The position numbers and the translations under genes are program-made. Shown here one piece after another: positions 28,342-38,386 of a stretch of 64,000 bases of DNA (positions are counted from its first letter, which is position 1; the number at the start of each line of letters is the position of its first letter). The stretch is from Candidatus Calditenuis fumarioli. Lineage in GTDB: Archaea; Thermoproteota; Nitrososphaeria_A; Caldarchaeales; Calditenuaceae. The stretch is from NCBI GenBank assembly GCA_030059665.1, contig JANVYR010000003.1, positions 70,555 through 134,554 on the forward strand, read 5' to 3'. The notes under the pieces are model-generated. The model was not told the origin of the DNA, searched no databases, and worked only from the letters and a program-made list of their open reading frames with translations.

Positions 28342-29574
28342 TTGAGCGCCTCCGCTTATGACGTCTGGAGTTTGGCAGACGAGTGGGGGCCGGAGAAGGT
28401 AGTATTCGCTTACGATCCCGACACGGGAATGAGGGGCGTGCTGGTGATCGACAACACGGCAATAGGCCCCGGAAAAGGGGGAATCAGGTTCGCGCCTACG
28501 GTAACCCCTGTGGAGGTGTTCCGTCTGGCCCGGGTGATGACGTGGAAGTGCGCCCTCGCTGGGCTGCCTTTCGGAGGAGCGAAGGGCGGGTTAATGGGAG
28601 ATCCCACGAAGGTCGACAGGGTAGCGTGGATGAGGTCCTTCGCAAAGGCGATCAAACCCTACGTGCCTCTCCAATACGTCGCAGCAACAGACATGGGAAC
28701 GACAGAGCTTGATATGGCCGTTTTCGCCCATGAGATAGGCGACGTCAGGGCGTGTACTGGAAAGCCGATGGAAATGGGAGGCATACCGCACGAGTTGGGC
28801 ACAACGGGTTACGGCGTTGCGATAGCGACCGACCTGACACTCAAGACCCTACACGCGTACGGTACTGTTAACCTCGAACCCGAGAAAGCGACGATAGCCA
28901 TACAGGGTTTCGGGAACGTTGGATCCTTCACCGCGAAGTTCCTTGACGAGCTGGGTTACAAAATAGTCGCAATAGCTGACATCACGGGATGCATATACGA
29001 CCCAGAGGGTCTGGACATACCGTATATCATGAAGGAACTACAGGTGCGGGAGAACATCGAGAAGCTCTCCGGAAAGTACGAGGTATTGCCGAAGGAGAAG
29101 ATCTTCGAGGTGAAGGCCGACGTCTTCATACCCGCTGCAACCTCCGACGTAATCAACCTCGAGACAGCACCGCTTCTGATCAAATCCGGGACGAAGTTGG
29201 TCATCGAGGCCGCCAACATACCCACGACGGCTGAGGCCGAGAAGCTGTTGATCCAGAGGGGAATCTGGGTGATGCCGGACTTCGTGGTCAACGCGGGGGG
29301 CGTCATAGGTTCCTATGTTGAGTACAAGGGTGGTACCGAAAAGGAAGCCTTCGACCTGATAAAGTACAAGATCAGCAGGAACGTAAAGCTCGTTCTCTCT
29401 ATGGCGCATCAGAACGGGATGACGCCTAGGCAGGTCGCACTGGAGGTCGCTAAGGCGCGCGTCAGGAGAGCCATGCTGCTCAGGCGCGGTGCGATAACCG
29501 TTGCCCGTGAGTACTTCGCCCGACAGAAGCAACAGTACGAGCTGATGATCCCGAGCCTCAAGGAGGAGACGTGA
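28342..29574 (+). CDS. gdhA: Glu/Leu/Phe/Val dehydrogenase, probably glutamate dehydrogenase
   Basis: GPGKGGIRF, MTWKCA..LPFGGAKGG, QGFGNVG, EAANIP, PDFVVNAGGV. Confidence 0.85.
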   Translation: MSASAYDVWSLADEWGPEKVVFAYDPDTGMRGVLVIDNTAIGPGKGGIRFAPTVTPVEVFRLARVMTWKCALAGLPFGGAKGGLMGDPTKVDRVAWMRSFAKAIKPYVPLQYVAATDMGTTELDMAVFAHEIGDVRACTGKPMEMGGIPHELGTTGYGVAIATDLTLKTLHAYGTVNLEPEKATIAIQGFGNVGSFTAKFLDELGYKIVAIADITGCIYDPEGLDIPYIMKELQVRENIEKLSGKYEVLPKEKIFEVKADVFIPAATSDVINLETAPLLIKSGTKLVIEAANIPTTAEAEKLLIQRGIWVMPDFVVNAGGVIGSYVEYKGGTEKEAFDLIKYKISRNVKLVLSMAHQNGMTPRQVALEVAKARVRRAMLLRRGAITVAREYFARQKQQYELMIPSLKEET

Positions 29575-29684
29575 GGCGGTTGCTGGCGGCCGGATCCGGG
29601 AACGCCCCCTCGTTCTCGCCGCGCCACAGGAAGGGCCAGTCTCTCAGGGCCTTGGAAAGCGGGGAGTAACTGCTGGCAGTGCGA

Positions 29685-29993
29685 CTAACCTGTGCCGTAT
29701 TTCCTCAGGTAGTAGCCCTCCTCCCGCATCTCGACGATGCTCCGGACGCCCTCCCTCCTGATCCTCTCCCTCAGCTCGTTGGCCTGCTCTGGTCCGATCT
29801 CACCCCTCCTCTCGAGGTAATCTATCACCTCCAGGGCGCTCTCCTCGTCGGGACATCGGGCGAGGTAGTCGGTGACCGTGGGCGTGTATCCCCTGAGGAC
29901 GTCGACCTTCACCTTGATGGGCTTGGACCTGGTCATCTCCTCGTACAGCGCCGGGAACAGCCTCCGGAAGTCTTCTACGTCCCACTCGCTCAT
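29685..29993 (-). CDS. DUF2095-like archaeal protein
   Basis: FRRLFPALYEE, PTVTDYLARC..EESALEVIDYLERRGEI, GYYLR. Confidence 0.75.
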   Translation of the reverse strand: MSEWDVEDFRRLFPALYEEMTRSKPIKVKVDVLRGYTPTVTDYLARCPDEESALEVIDYLERRGEIGPEQANELRERIRREGVRSIVEMREEGYYLRKYGTG

Positions 29994-30054
29994 CGACCCG
30001 AGTTTTCCTCTCTATGGTAAATTCTTTGCTCGGGGTAACGCGGACGGGAGGGAC

Positions 30055-30891
30055 ATGGGTGAAGGCGCCGCTGGGGCCGCACGCGTCGTCAGCTTCCTTA
30101 CCGACTACGGCCTGGACGACCCCTACGTCGGCGAGGTCAAGGCGAGGATGCTGAGCGTCTGCGGGGAGATTCGGGTGATCGACGTAACCCACTCGGTGGA
30201 GCGCCAGAACGTCCTTCACGGCGCCTTCCTGCTCTACCTCTCCTACAGGTTCTTCCCTGAGGGGACGGTCCACCTCGCGGTGGTAGACCCGGGCGTGGGA
30301 ACGGAGAGGCGGTGCATTGCCATCAGGACGAGGAGGTACTGGTTCGTGGGGCCTGACAACGGGCTCCTCTATCCGGCCGCGAGCGAGGACGGAATCCTCA
30401 GGTGCTACGAGATCGACCTCGATGCCTACCCGAGGTACGGCGGCGAGACGTTCCACGGAAGGGACGTCTTCGGGCCGGTGGCGGCGGAGCTGGCGTGCGG
30501 CGCGTCTCCGAAGATGCGGGAGGTGGACCCCGAGACCGTGCAGAAGCTCGACTTCGGAAGGCCCGTGGTCACCGATCGGGGAGTCAGGGTGAGGGTGCTA
30601 CATGTCGACCGCTTCGGGAACTGCATCACCAATCTGAGGGCCGACGAGCTCCCATCGTGGATGAGATACGGAGACACGTTCAGCGTGAGGTCAGCGGGAA
30701 AAGAGGTCAGGGCCAGGTTCGCGAGGGCCTACGGCGAAGTGCAGCCGGGGAAGTTCCTGCTGACCGTCGGCGGCACGGGCTTCCTCGAGGTCTCGGTGAG
30801 CATGGGCGACGCGGCGAGGCAGTTGGGTGTCAGACCTGGCTCGGAGCTCGTCGTTGAGCAAAACGAAGTAGGAAGTGTGGATCGGGGTTAG
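30055..30891 (+). CDS. SAM hydroxide adenosyltransferase (DUF62 / SAM-dependent halogenase superfamily)
   Basis: [43 protein letters not shown]; the Asp/Arg/His hydrolase triad appears intact. Confidence 0.9.
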   Translation: MGEGAAGAARVVSFLTDYGLDDPYVGEVKARMLSVCGEIRVIDVTHSVERQNVLHGAFLLYLSYRFFPEGTVHLAVVDPGVGTERRCIAIRTRRYWFVGPDNGLLYPAASEDGILRCYEIDLDAYPRYGGETFHGRDVFGPVAAELACGASPKMREVDPETVQKLDFGRPVVTDRGVRVRVLHVDRFGNCITNLRADELPSWMRYGDTFSVRSAGKEVRARFARAYGEVQPGKFLLTVGGTGFLEVSVSMGDAARQLGVRPGSELVVEQNEVGSVDRG

Positions 30892-32663
30892 GCGACGATC
30901 TCGGGCTTGAGCGCGGAGATAGCGGATCTGACCTCCTCCTCGAGCTGGAGCAGCCGATCCGCGTCCTCGTTCGGGACTTCGGCCTTGGCCCTCATCAGCT
31001 TCGCTATGACCGGGAGCTGCCGTATCTTCGCGAGAGGAACGCCCCTGTTCAGCGCCTCCTCGGCGAGCCTGTGGAATGTGACGAAGAGCCTCAGCATCAG
31101 GTACTGCTTCTTGGTGCTGCAGTAGGAGTCGATCTGGTCGAAGGCGCTCTGCTGGAGGAAGCCCTCCCTGATCATCCTGCCGACGTCGAGGATCAGCTTC
31201 TCCTCGTCCGCGAGGGACTCGGGACCCAGCAGCCTCACGAGCTCCAGCAGCTCCTCCTCCCTCCTGAGCAGCCGGTAGAGGTAGGACCTGAGCTCGTACC
31301 AGTCGGCGGCCACGTTCGAGGACCACCAGCTCCTGACGGTCTCCACATAACCCGAGTAGCTCATCATCCAGTTGATGGCGGGGTAGTGCCTGGTGTAGGC
31401 GAGGTTCGGGTCGAGCGCCCAGAAGGTCCTGACGAACCTGAGCGTGTGCGTCGTCACCGGCTCCGTGAAGTCCCCTCCAGGAGGCGATACTGCGCCGACG
31501 ATGGTGAGGCTGCCCACCCTCTCCGGCCTCCCGAGGACCTCGACCCTGCCCGCGCGCTCGTAGAACTCCGCGAGCCTGCTGGCGAGGTAGCTCGGGTAAC
31601 CCTCCTCCGCGGGCATCTCCTCGAGCCTGCCGCTGATCTCCCTGAGGGCCTCCGCCCACCTACTGGTCGAGTCGGCCACCAGCAGCACGTCGTAACCCAT
31701 GTCCCTGTAGAACTCGGCGATGGCCGCGCCGGTATAGATGCTCGCCTCCCTGGCTGCCACGGGCATGTTGCTGGTGTTCGCGATCAGAACGGTCCTCTCC
31801 ATCAGGGGCCTTCCGGTGTAGGGGTCTGTCAGGTGCGGGAACTCCGTCAGGACCTCCGCCTCCTCGTTCCCCCTCTCGCCGCATCCTATGTGGAGGATCA
31901 CCTTCGCATCGCTCCACTTGGCAAGCTGGTGTAAAGTCACGGTCTTACCCGTCCCAAAGGCTCCCGGTATGCAACCGGTACCGCCCTTCGCCATGGGGAA
32001 GAGCGTGTCGAGAACCCTCTGTCCGGTTATCAGGGGGACCTCGGGATCCAGCCTCCTCCTGATCGGCCTCGGGACCCTGACCGGCCACCGGTGGGCCATC
32101 CGCACCTCGTACCTCCCGTCCTTGGACTCGACCGTGGCCACGACGTCGTTGATCGTGTATTCGCCCTCTGGTGCTACATCGACCAACTTTCCCGGCTTCG
32201 CGTCCGGCGGGACCATGATCTTCGTCGTGATCAGCGGAGTCTCCTGCACCTCGCCGATAACCGTCCCTGGCTCGACCTCCTCGCCCCTCTTGACGGTCGG
32301 TACGAAGTGCCACTTCTTGTCCTCGGGTATCGGAGGAACGGTCACTCCCCTCTTGACGAAGGGGCCGACGCGCTCGGCGATCTTGTCGAGGGGCCGCTGG
32401 ACGCCGTCGTAGACGCTCCCTATCATCCCAGGTCCCAGCGTCACCGAGAGCGGCAGGCCAGTCCCGACAACTGGCTCACCGGGCGATAGGCCGGATGTGT
32501 TCTCGTAGACCTGGATGAACGCGACGTCACCCGTGAGCTTGATCACCTCTCCGACGAGGCCGTCCTTGCCGACCCTGACGACCTCGTACATCCGAGCCCC
32601 CATCATCCCGTCCGCCTTGACCGCAGGCCCAGCGACCCAGACGATCTTTCCCTTAACCGGCAT
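30888..32663 (-). CDS. atpA: A/V-type ATP synthase subunit A
   Basis: GAFGTGKT P-loop, [33 protein letters not shown]; no intein. Confidence 0.96.
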   Translation of the reverse strand: MPVKGKIVWVAGPAVKADGMMGARMYEVVRVGKDGLVGEVIKLTGDVAFIQVYENTSGLSPGEPVVGTGLPLSVTLGPGMIGSVYDGVQRPLDKIAERVGPFVKRGVTVPPIPEDKKWHFVPTVKRGEEVEPGTVIGEVQETPLITTKIMVPPDAKPGKLVDVAPEGEYTINDVVATVESKDGRYEVRMAHRWPVRVPRPIRRRLDPEVPLITGQRVLDTLFPMAKGGTGCIPGAFGTGKTVTLHQLAKWSDAKVILHIGCGERGNEEAEVLTEFPHLTDPYTGRPLMERTVLIANTSNMPVAAREASIYTGAAIAEFYRDMGYDVLLVADSTSRWAEALREISGRLEEMPAEEGYPSYLASRLAEFYERAGRVEVLGRPERVGSLTIVGAVSPPGGDFTEPVTTHTLRFVRTFWALDPNLAYTRHYPAINWMMSYSGYVETVRSWWSSNVAADWYELRSYLYRLLRREEELLELVRLLGPESLADEEKLILDVGRMIREGFLQQSAFDQIDSYCSTKKQYLMLRLFVTFHRLAEEALNRGVPLAKIRQLPVIAKLMRAKAEVPNEDADRLLQLEEEVRSAISALKPEIVA

Positions 32664-32821
32664 CTCGAGACCATCCGTTTCTCACGGTATAAGTATCTCA
32701 CCGCATCGAAGATCGGTCTTGCCGGGCGCGTAAGCCCGGCCCTTTGACGGCCGGGTGGCGCTCACGGCGACGTCCCCGTTCGCCAAGGCATGCGGTTTTC
32801 CGAACCCGAAGGGGGAGGCGG

Positions 32822-33253
32822 TCACCTGGCCGTCGAGAACCTCCACCCTCCCTGCTCGGGTCTCACCACGCCCGTGCCCTTCAGCCTCTCCAGAACCTCC
32901 TTGGCCCTCGCGAAAGTGCCGTCATCGATCACCGGTATGCCGTACTCCACGATCTCCAGGACGATGACGTTCAACCTCTCCAGCATCTCCAAAAACTCAC
33001 CCGGAAAGTACCCTATCGCCCTGACGCCCACGTGCGGGTAGAGGGAGGAAAGGGAGCGGCGTGCGAGCTCGTCCTCCGGCAGGTTCTCGGCTATCACGCA
33101 GACGTCCACGTCGCTCTCCTCGGTGTAGTCGCCCTTCGCGTAGGAGCCGAAGAGGATCACCGAACGGGGCCTCACGTCGGCCTCCGCGAGCTTCTCCGCG
33201 TACTCCTTGACCCTCTCCAGGGCAGCAGCCCTAAGCCTCTCCTTGTAGGACAT
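32822..33253 (-). CDS. Minimal nucleotidyltransferase (MNT) antitoxin
   Basis: ILFGSYAKGDYTEESDVDVCVI. Confidence 0.9.
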   Translation of the reverse strand: MSYKERLRAAALERVKEYAEKLAEADVRPRSVILFGSYAKGDYTEESDVDVCVIAENLPEDELARRSLSSLYPHVGVRAIGYFPGEFLEMLERLNVIVLEIVEYGIPVIDDGTFARAKEVLERLKGTGVVRPEQGGWRFSTAR

Positions 33254-33629
33254 GCCTCCTCGCCCACTCCAGAATCCTCTCAGCCCTCCCTGCTGCGTCG
33301 CGTGCCTGCCACTCGGTGAACTTGTCCTTGGCAGGACCTGCCGTAAAGGCGTTCGCGTACCTCGTCGGAATGTAGTACTGGTCGAGGACCCGCACGTCGT
33401 CCCAGAACTTCCCGGATTCCGGGAGGTGCTTTACCAGCTCCTGGAGGAGGTCGACCGAAGAGTTGGTTCTTCTCTCAACTCCCAATTTCTGCAACACGGC
33501 CTTCAGGGCCAGATCGGCAGCCTGCTGGGCATTGAAGCAGACCTTGCTCCACCTCCCGCTCGCCAGGAGGTCCTTTGCGGCCCCCAGGAAGTCCTCCGCG
33601 TCGGCCAGCAGGTCCTTCGACCTGTCCAC
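33231..33629 (-). CDS. HEPN domain protein (partner of MNT)
   Basis: AEDFL..AKDLL, CFNAQQAA..ALKA, LDQYYIPTRY. Confidence 0.88.
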   Translation of the reverse strand: MDRSKDLLADAEDFLGAAKDLLASGRWSKVCFNAQQAADLALKAVLQKLGVERRTNSSVDLLQELVKHLPESGKFWDDVRVLDQYYIPTRYANAFTAGPAKDKFTEWQARDAAGRAERILEWARRHVLQGEA

Positions 33630-33805
33630 GGGTTTTCTAACGAGACGCCGTGGTATAAATCAAGAAGCCATAATCGGAGTTTGACGGCCCGTCCGGACCC
33701 GAGGAGAGCGGCAACGCGATCGCACCCTCACAATCAACCCCTCACCCGCTCTAATCGCGCTCACGATCCGCTCATACCCTTCTCTTCGCCGACGATGAGA
33801 TGGTG

Positions 33806-33917
33806 CGCCGGGGGCGGGACTCGAACCCGCGCGCCCCCCGAGGGGGCAGCGGCTGTCGCGTCTGGCCAGAACCTAGGGATCTCGAGGCCGCCCCAATGGC
33901 CGCTATGGGACCCCGGC
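33806..33917 (-). tRNA. tRNA-Ser (anticodon CGA) with a 26-nt intron at 37/38 (33855-33880)
   Basis: GCCGGGG/CCCCGGC acceptor stem, discriminator G, GCGGC...GCCGC anticodon stem, long variable arm, GTTCGAGTC T-loop. Confidence 0.88.
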
Positions 33918-33945
33918 CCGAGACGTCCATCCCGACGGAGGGATT

Positions 33946-35457
33946 TTACCTTGAGCCGGACTGTCCCCTCCTCCTGGAGAGGAGGCCCCGGAGCAGCAGG
34001 TAACCGAGAACCGATGCCTGCAGAAGCGCTGCGGCGAGAAGGGCCGTCGCCTCCTCGGTCAGGCTGTACACCACCAGCTCCACGCTGACGTCGGAGAGGG
34101 CGCTGACCACTTTGGAGACCGTGCCGAAAGGCGTGACCGCGGTCAGGTTGTAGTAACCCGAGGGGAGCCTGAGGGTGGTGCGACCCGGAACCCTGATCGG
34201 GCCACTGCCGTTCACCAGGAGCTGCGCCTCCAGCAACCTGTCCGAGCCAGCAACCCTCACGCGGAGGTCGACGTTGGAGACCGGGACCGAGACGATCGTG
34301 ACCTCGTTGGGCCTGAGGATGACCTCTCCGACAAGTTGAGAGACGTCGAAGCCGTAAACCCGCAATTTTTCCAGCTCGAGAGGCCCGGAGCTGCCCTGCG
34401 GTGGAACGCCGATCGTCGAGGGCAGGAAGTAGGTGACGATGCCGACCCTGAACGCGACGTGGCCTCGAAGCGAGGCCGAATAGTCCTCTATGAAGGACAT
34501 CCTCCTGGCGTCGATCACCATCAGCCCGTAGTGCGGAACCCTGAAGCGCAGCCTCTCTACTGAACCACTCCTGTAGTTGAGGTAGATCAGCTCCAGGTCC
34601 CTCTCGAGCAGGTCGACAACCGGCACCGTCTTGGTGCTGGTGAGCCTGGGAACCGAGGACCCGAACGGCGAGACCTCGATCCGCTGGGTGAAGGTGACGC
34701 GCTGACCCGTTGGGGAGATCCCGACCACCTGGACCAGAACGGTTCCGTACCTCATGGGGAAGGTGCCTCCGGGGCCGACGGTGCCGAGGAGGGGGAGACG
34801 CACGGTGAAGTTCGTCATGCCGAAGGGGAGGTCGAAGTCGTACCTCGCTATCACGGCGTCGGTGCTGTAGCTGAAGGGGATTCCTCCGACCGTGCCCGTC
34901 AGCGATACCCTGTCTGGATACATCAGGTAGACCACCGCGCCCCTCAGGGGCACCGGCACGTTCACGGTCAGCTCCTGACCCGGCAGCACCCTCGGCACAC
35001 CATCGGCATCAGACCGCTCGGTCGTCTCGAAGCCCACGGCGGAGGAGCCCTGGACCCTGAGAAGGACCAGGTCCTCGGACCACCTCTCGATCGAGAGCGT
35101 CCCGAAGAGGGGTGCCGCGGGATCTACGACCCTTATCGTCATCCTCTGGCCCGAGGGGTCCTCGAGGAACCAAGTCCCAACGTCCTGCGGGCCGAAGGTC
35201 CTGACGGCTACGCGGGTCCTCGGCTTGAGCGTGACCGTTACCTGGTCGCCGGATGGAGGAATGAGCTTCAGCACGACCTCTGTCGACGGCGAGAAGGCGG
35301 TCAACGTCTCACCTGCCATGAAGACCAGCTCCGAGCCGCCGACGAAGGGGAGGTAGCTCCAGCCGCCGTAGCCCAGCAGCAACGGGAAGGTCTCCTGGGC
35401 GTTGGAGACCTGGAGAGGGAACGCTGGGAGCACGAGAAGGATCAGCAGGATCGCCAC
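33946..35457 (-). CDS. Secreted, C-terminally membrane-anchored beta-rich protein (MoxR locus)
   Basis: Signal-peptide-like N-terminus, PEGA-like 'LPSGYYNLTA' segment, C-terminal TM helix and basic tail. Confidence 0.6.
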   Translation of the reverse strand: MAILLILLVLPAFPLQVSNAQETFPLLLGYGGWSYLPFVGGSELVFMAGETLTAFSPSTEVVLKLIPPSGDQVTVTLKPRTRVAVRTFGPQDVGTWFLEDPSGQRMTIRVVDPAAPLFGTLSIERWSEDLVLLRVQGSSAVGFETTERSDADGVPRVLPGQELTVNVPVPLRGAVVYLMYPDRVSLTGTVGGIPFSYSTDAVIARYDFDLPFGMTNFTVRLPLLGTVGPGGTFPMRYGTVLVQVVGISPTGQRVTFTQRIEVSPFGSSVPRLTSTKTVPVVDLLERDLELIYLNYRSGSVERLRFRVPHYGLMVIDARRMSFIEDYSASLRGHVAFRVGIVTYFLPSTIGVPPQGSSGPLELEKLRVYGFDVSQLVGEVILRPNEVTIVSVPVSNVDLRVRVAGSDRLLEAQLLVNGSGPIRVPGRTTLRLPSGYYNLTAVTPFGTVSKVVSALSDVSVELVVYSLTEEATALLAAALLQASVLGYLLLRGLLSRRRGQSGSR

Positions 35458-35458
35458 C

Positions 35459-36175
35459 TCAACCCCTGCCGAGCGCGAAGGCGACGAGCCCAGAGGTCAC
35501 CACCGCGAAGGACGCTAGCAGCAGGATGAAAAGGGTCACGTCCTCGAAGAGGAGCGAGTAGAGGACGGTCACCGCGGTCAGCCCCACGGCCCCGGCACCT
35601 GCGACCATCACCGGCCTGTAGAAGGGTTCCGCGCCGCCACCGATCCTGAGGTGGAGGTGAACCACGAGGGCCACGAGCGATATCGCGACCAGCGGGGTCA
35701 GGTACATCAGCGTCTGCTCGTTCAGAGCGTTCCCCTCGAACTCCGCAGGCGATATGATGGCCTGCACCAGCGAGTAGAGGACCATCTTCGGGTCGCCCTT
35801 CGCGGCGTTGACGCCTCCGTAAACGATGGCGCCCGAGACCACCGACGAGAGGTAAGATCCCAGGACACCTGAGGTCGTGGAGCCCCGCAGCAGCGAGAAC
35901 GCCGAGAGGATGGGGAGGCTCAGGACGTAGCACCCTGCGAGCTCCATCAGGAACTGTCCCCTCCCCATCAGCATCTCGTAGATGCTGTAGATCGCCGGGG
36001 CGTAGATCATCAGGATGCCGAGGTTCTGGTACCTGAGCGGCAGGAACACCGACGGCAGCGAGAGGATGCCGAGGACCGTGAAGGGAGTCGCCCTCACCAG
36101 AGAGAGCGAGAGGGCAGTGAGGTAGATGGACGGCATGAGGGCCAGCGTGCCGGAGAGAAGGCTACCAACCCTCAT
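35459..36175 (-). CDS. Integral membrane protein (MoxR locus)
   Basis: About 7 hydrophobic helices; tightly packed in the operon. Confidence 0.6.
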   Translation of the reverse strand: MRVGSLLSGTLALMPSIYLTALSLSLVRATPFTVLGILSLPSVFLPLRYQNLGILMIYAPAIYSIYEMLMGRGQFLMELAGCYVLSLPILSAFSLLRGSTTSGVLGSYLSSVVSGAIVYGGVNAAKGDPKMVLYSLVQAIISPAEFEGNALNEQTLMYLTPLVAISLVALVVHLHLRIGGGAEPFYRPVMVAGAGAVGLTAVTVLYSLLFEDVTLFILLLASFAVVTSGLVAFALGRG

Positions 36176-37433
36176 GGAGCAGCGCCCTCCTGATGACGTA
36201 GAGGCTCGGGGAGCGGCCCAGCCTCCTCACCTCGCACCCAACCGGCAGGCCCGAGAGGTAAACTCCCTCGCAGGCCTTCAGGGCGTCGAGCACCAATCTG
36301 TCCAGCGCAGCTCCGAACTCGCCGAGGTCAGGGAGCACGACGGTCACCCTGCATCCCCTTTTGACCGCCGAGGAGATCAACCCGGTAAGGGCCCTCGAGT
36401 TCCTTGAGCAGACGGAGGTGTAAACGATGACGTAGCTGCCGGACATGAGGACGCCCTCGAGTTCACGGGCCTCCAACGATGTCACCGGCCGATCGTCTAC
36501 GTCGACGCCCGAGAGCGCCACCGAGAGCTCCGCCACGGACCTGCACCAGAAGACCCTGGGTCCCTCCGAGCGGACCAGCACCAGCCTGAAGGAGCTGCCT
36601 TGATCGATCGCGGACTTTCCGGTCATCCACACGACGCCGAGCACCGTGTCGAGGTAGTCATCATCGGTTCCGAAGGACATCTCCGGCGCGCAGTCCACCA
36701 CCGCAACCACGTTCCCCCTGCCGAGGCGATCGTACCGCTTCACCAGTAGGGCGTCCTCGTCCGTCAGCGCGGCCGTCCTGCGCCAGTGCACGTCCCTGAC
36801 CTTGTCTCCCTCAGCGAAGGGCCTGACCCCGACGAAGCTGTGCTCGTCACCTATCGCGGTGTTCAGGACAGTTCCTGAGCCAGGTGTTAGGCGGACCATC
36901 GAGGTCGTCCAGAAGCCTGCATGCCTGGTGCGCTCGAAGGGCACCAAGACCTCCATCGGCGCTGGGACGAAGAGCGACCTCCTGACGAGCCCGAGCGGGT
37001 CGTAAAGGACCACCTTCGCGCCTTCGAACTTCACGGCCCTGTAACCTGACCAGACGGCGGCCTCGTAGGAAAGCGACAGCGCTGTGCGGCCCGAGACCCT
37101 GGCCCTGATCGAGGTGCTACCGGAGACCACACGGATGCCCGACGGGACCAGATCGCGGACCTCGACCGTACCATACCACTCCAGCTCGAGCGACAACCTC
37201 ACCTCGAACTTTGAACCCCTAAGGACCTCGACGGAATGGAGGCCCCGGTTTGCCCTGATGGACTCCGGCGTGACCGAGGCGAGCCTGCGCGAGGCCACGA
37301 CCACGTAGAGCGAGAAGAAAGAGGTGAGGAAGGTGAGGGCCAGCAGCATCATCGGGTTGTAGAGGAAGGTTGAGAAGAGCAGCAGCGACAGCGTCAGCTC
37401 CACCAGAACCGCCTTGGCCTCCGGCGTGATCAC
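36162..37433 (-). CDS. DUF58 (VWA-like) protein
   Basis: N-terminal TMs, FVGVRPFAEGDKVRDVHWRRTA, VVDCAPEM. Confidence 0.88.
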   Translation of the reverse strand: MITPEAKAVLVELTLSLLLFSTFLYNPMMLLALTFLTSFFSLYVVVASRRLASVTPESIRANRGLHSVEVLRGSKFEVRLSLELEWYGTVEVRDLVPSGIRVVSGSTSIRARVSGRTALSLSYEAAVWSGYRAVKFEGAKVVLYDPLGLVRRSLFVPAPMEVLVPFERTRHAGFWTTSMVRLTPGSGTVLNTAIGDEHSFVGVRPFAEGDKVRDVHWRRTAALTDEDALLVKRYDRLGRGNVVAVVDCAPEMSFGTDDDYLDTVLGVVWMTGKSAIDQGSSFRLVLVRSEGPRVFWCRSVAELSVALSGVDVDDRPVTSLEARELEGVLMSGSYVIVYTSVCSRNSRALTGLISSAVKRGCRVTVVLPDLGEFGAALDRLVLDALKACEGVYLSGLPVGCEVRRLGRSPSLYVIRRALLHEGW

Positions 37434-38386
37434 ACCGGCACCTCCACCTCCTCCAGAACGCGCCTGACGACCGAGAGCTCAGGCGTCTCCGAGTCGAGCG
37501 CGGGCCTCCTGGTCCTCAGGACTATCCTGTGGTTCAGGACGAACGGTGCCACGCTCTTGACGTGATCCGGCGTCACGAACCTGTACCCCGAGATGGCGGC
37601 CTTCGCCTTTGCGGCGTACATCAGGGCCACCTCGGCCCTCGTGCTACCGCCTATCAGGACCTCCGGCAGCTCCCTGGTCCTCCTAACGATATCAACGATG
37701 TACTCCATGACCGAGTCGTCAACGTGAACGGTTGACGTGTACCGGATCGCGGAGCCCACCTTCTCGGCGTCTGCAACGGGCGTCACCTCCGGCTCCTCGC
37801 CGTAAATCTGCTTCAGCCTGAGGACCTCCACCTCCTCCTCACGGCGCGGGTAACCGATTATCACCCTCATCAGGAACCTGTCCATCTCCGCCTCGGGGAG
37901 CGGGAAGGTCCCCTCGAACTCGATCGGGTTCTGCGTCGCTATCACCATGAAAGGCCTCGGAAGCGGGTAGCTGACGCCCTCCACCGTGACCTGGCGCTCC
38001 TGCATGACCTCGAGGAGGGCCGACTGGGTCCTCGGAGGGCCCCTGTTGATCTCGTCGGCGAGCACCACGTTCGCGAAGATCGGGCCGCGCCTGAAGACGA
38101 ACTGCGAGGTCGACCTGTCGTAGACTATTGACCCTGTGACGTCGGAGGGGAGAAGGTCGCTCGTGAACTGGATCCTGCTGAAGGAGAGGTTCAGGGCCCT
38201 CGCGAAGCTCTTGACCAGGTACGTCTTCGCCAGCCCCGGAGGCCCCTCGAGGAGGAGATGGCCCTCGGCCAGCAAGCAGATGACGAGCGCCTCTATCGCC
38301 TCCTCCATGCCCACTATGGCCCGGTGGACCTGATCCCTGATCCTCGAGACGAGCTCCCTGAGCTCCGACGCGTCCATCGCGCTCAT
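37430..38386 (-). CDS. moxR: MoxR-family AAA+ ATPase
   Basis: LLEGPPGLAKT, RIQFTSDLLPSDVTG, LADEINRGPPRTQSALLEVMQE, QNPIEFEGTFPLPEAEMDRF. Confidence 0.93.
   Translation of the reverse strand: MSAMDASELRELVSRIRDQVHRAIVGMEEAIEALVICLLAEGHLLLEGPPGLAKTYLVKSFARALNLSFSRIQFTSDLLPSDVTGSIVYDRSTSQFVFRRGPIFANVVLADEINRGPPRTQSALLEVMQERQVTVEGVSYPLPRPFMVIATQNPIEFEGTFPLPEAEMDRFLMRVIIGYPRREEEVEVLRLKQIYGEEPEVTPVADAEKVGSAIRYTSTVHVDDSVMEYIVDIVRRTRELPEVLIGGSTRAEVALMYAAKAKAAISGYRFVTPDHVKSVAPFVLNHRIVLRTRRPALDSETPELSVVRRVLEEVEVPV

Larger units (their letters stand above)
32743..33689. repeat. 10-bp direct repeat TTTGACGGCC (32743-32752 and 33680-33689) flanking the MNT-HEPN pair
   Basis: Exact match read from both flanking intergenic regions. 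Confidence 0.4.

Noticed and set aside
28342-29574. gdhA as a recent horizontal acquisition (looks more AT-rich than its neighbours)
   Set aside because: Composition not quantified and no mobility signature; too weak to claim
29580-29680. Fragments resembling a cobalamin riboswitch (GGGAA, GCCCC, GCCAC..GGAAGG..AGTC)
   Set aside because: The conserved GGUG/AAUCC core is missing, the region is too short, and no + strand gene lies downstream to regulate
30055-30891. Possible SAM-dependent chlorinase/fluorinase
   Set aside because: It keeps the Asp/Arg/His triad of DUF62 SAM hydrolases; a common archaeal gene with no halogenase context
11121-32663. Inteins in PolB1 or AtpA
   Set aside because: Normal lengths and no C/S...HN-C/S/T splice-junction insertions seen
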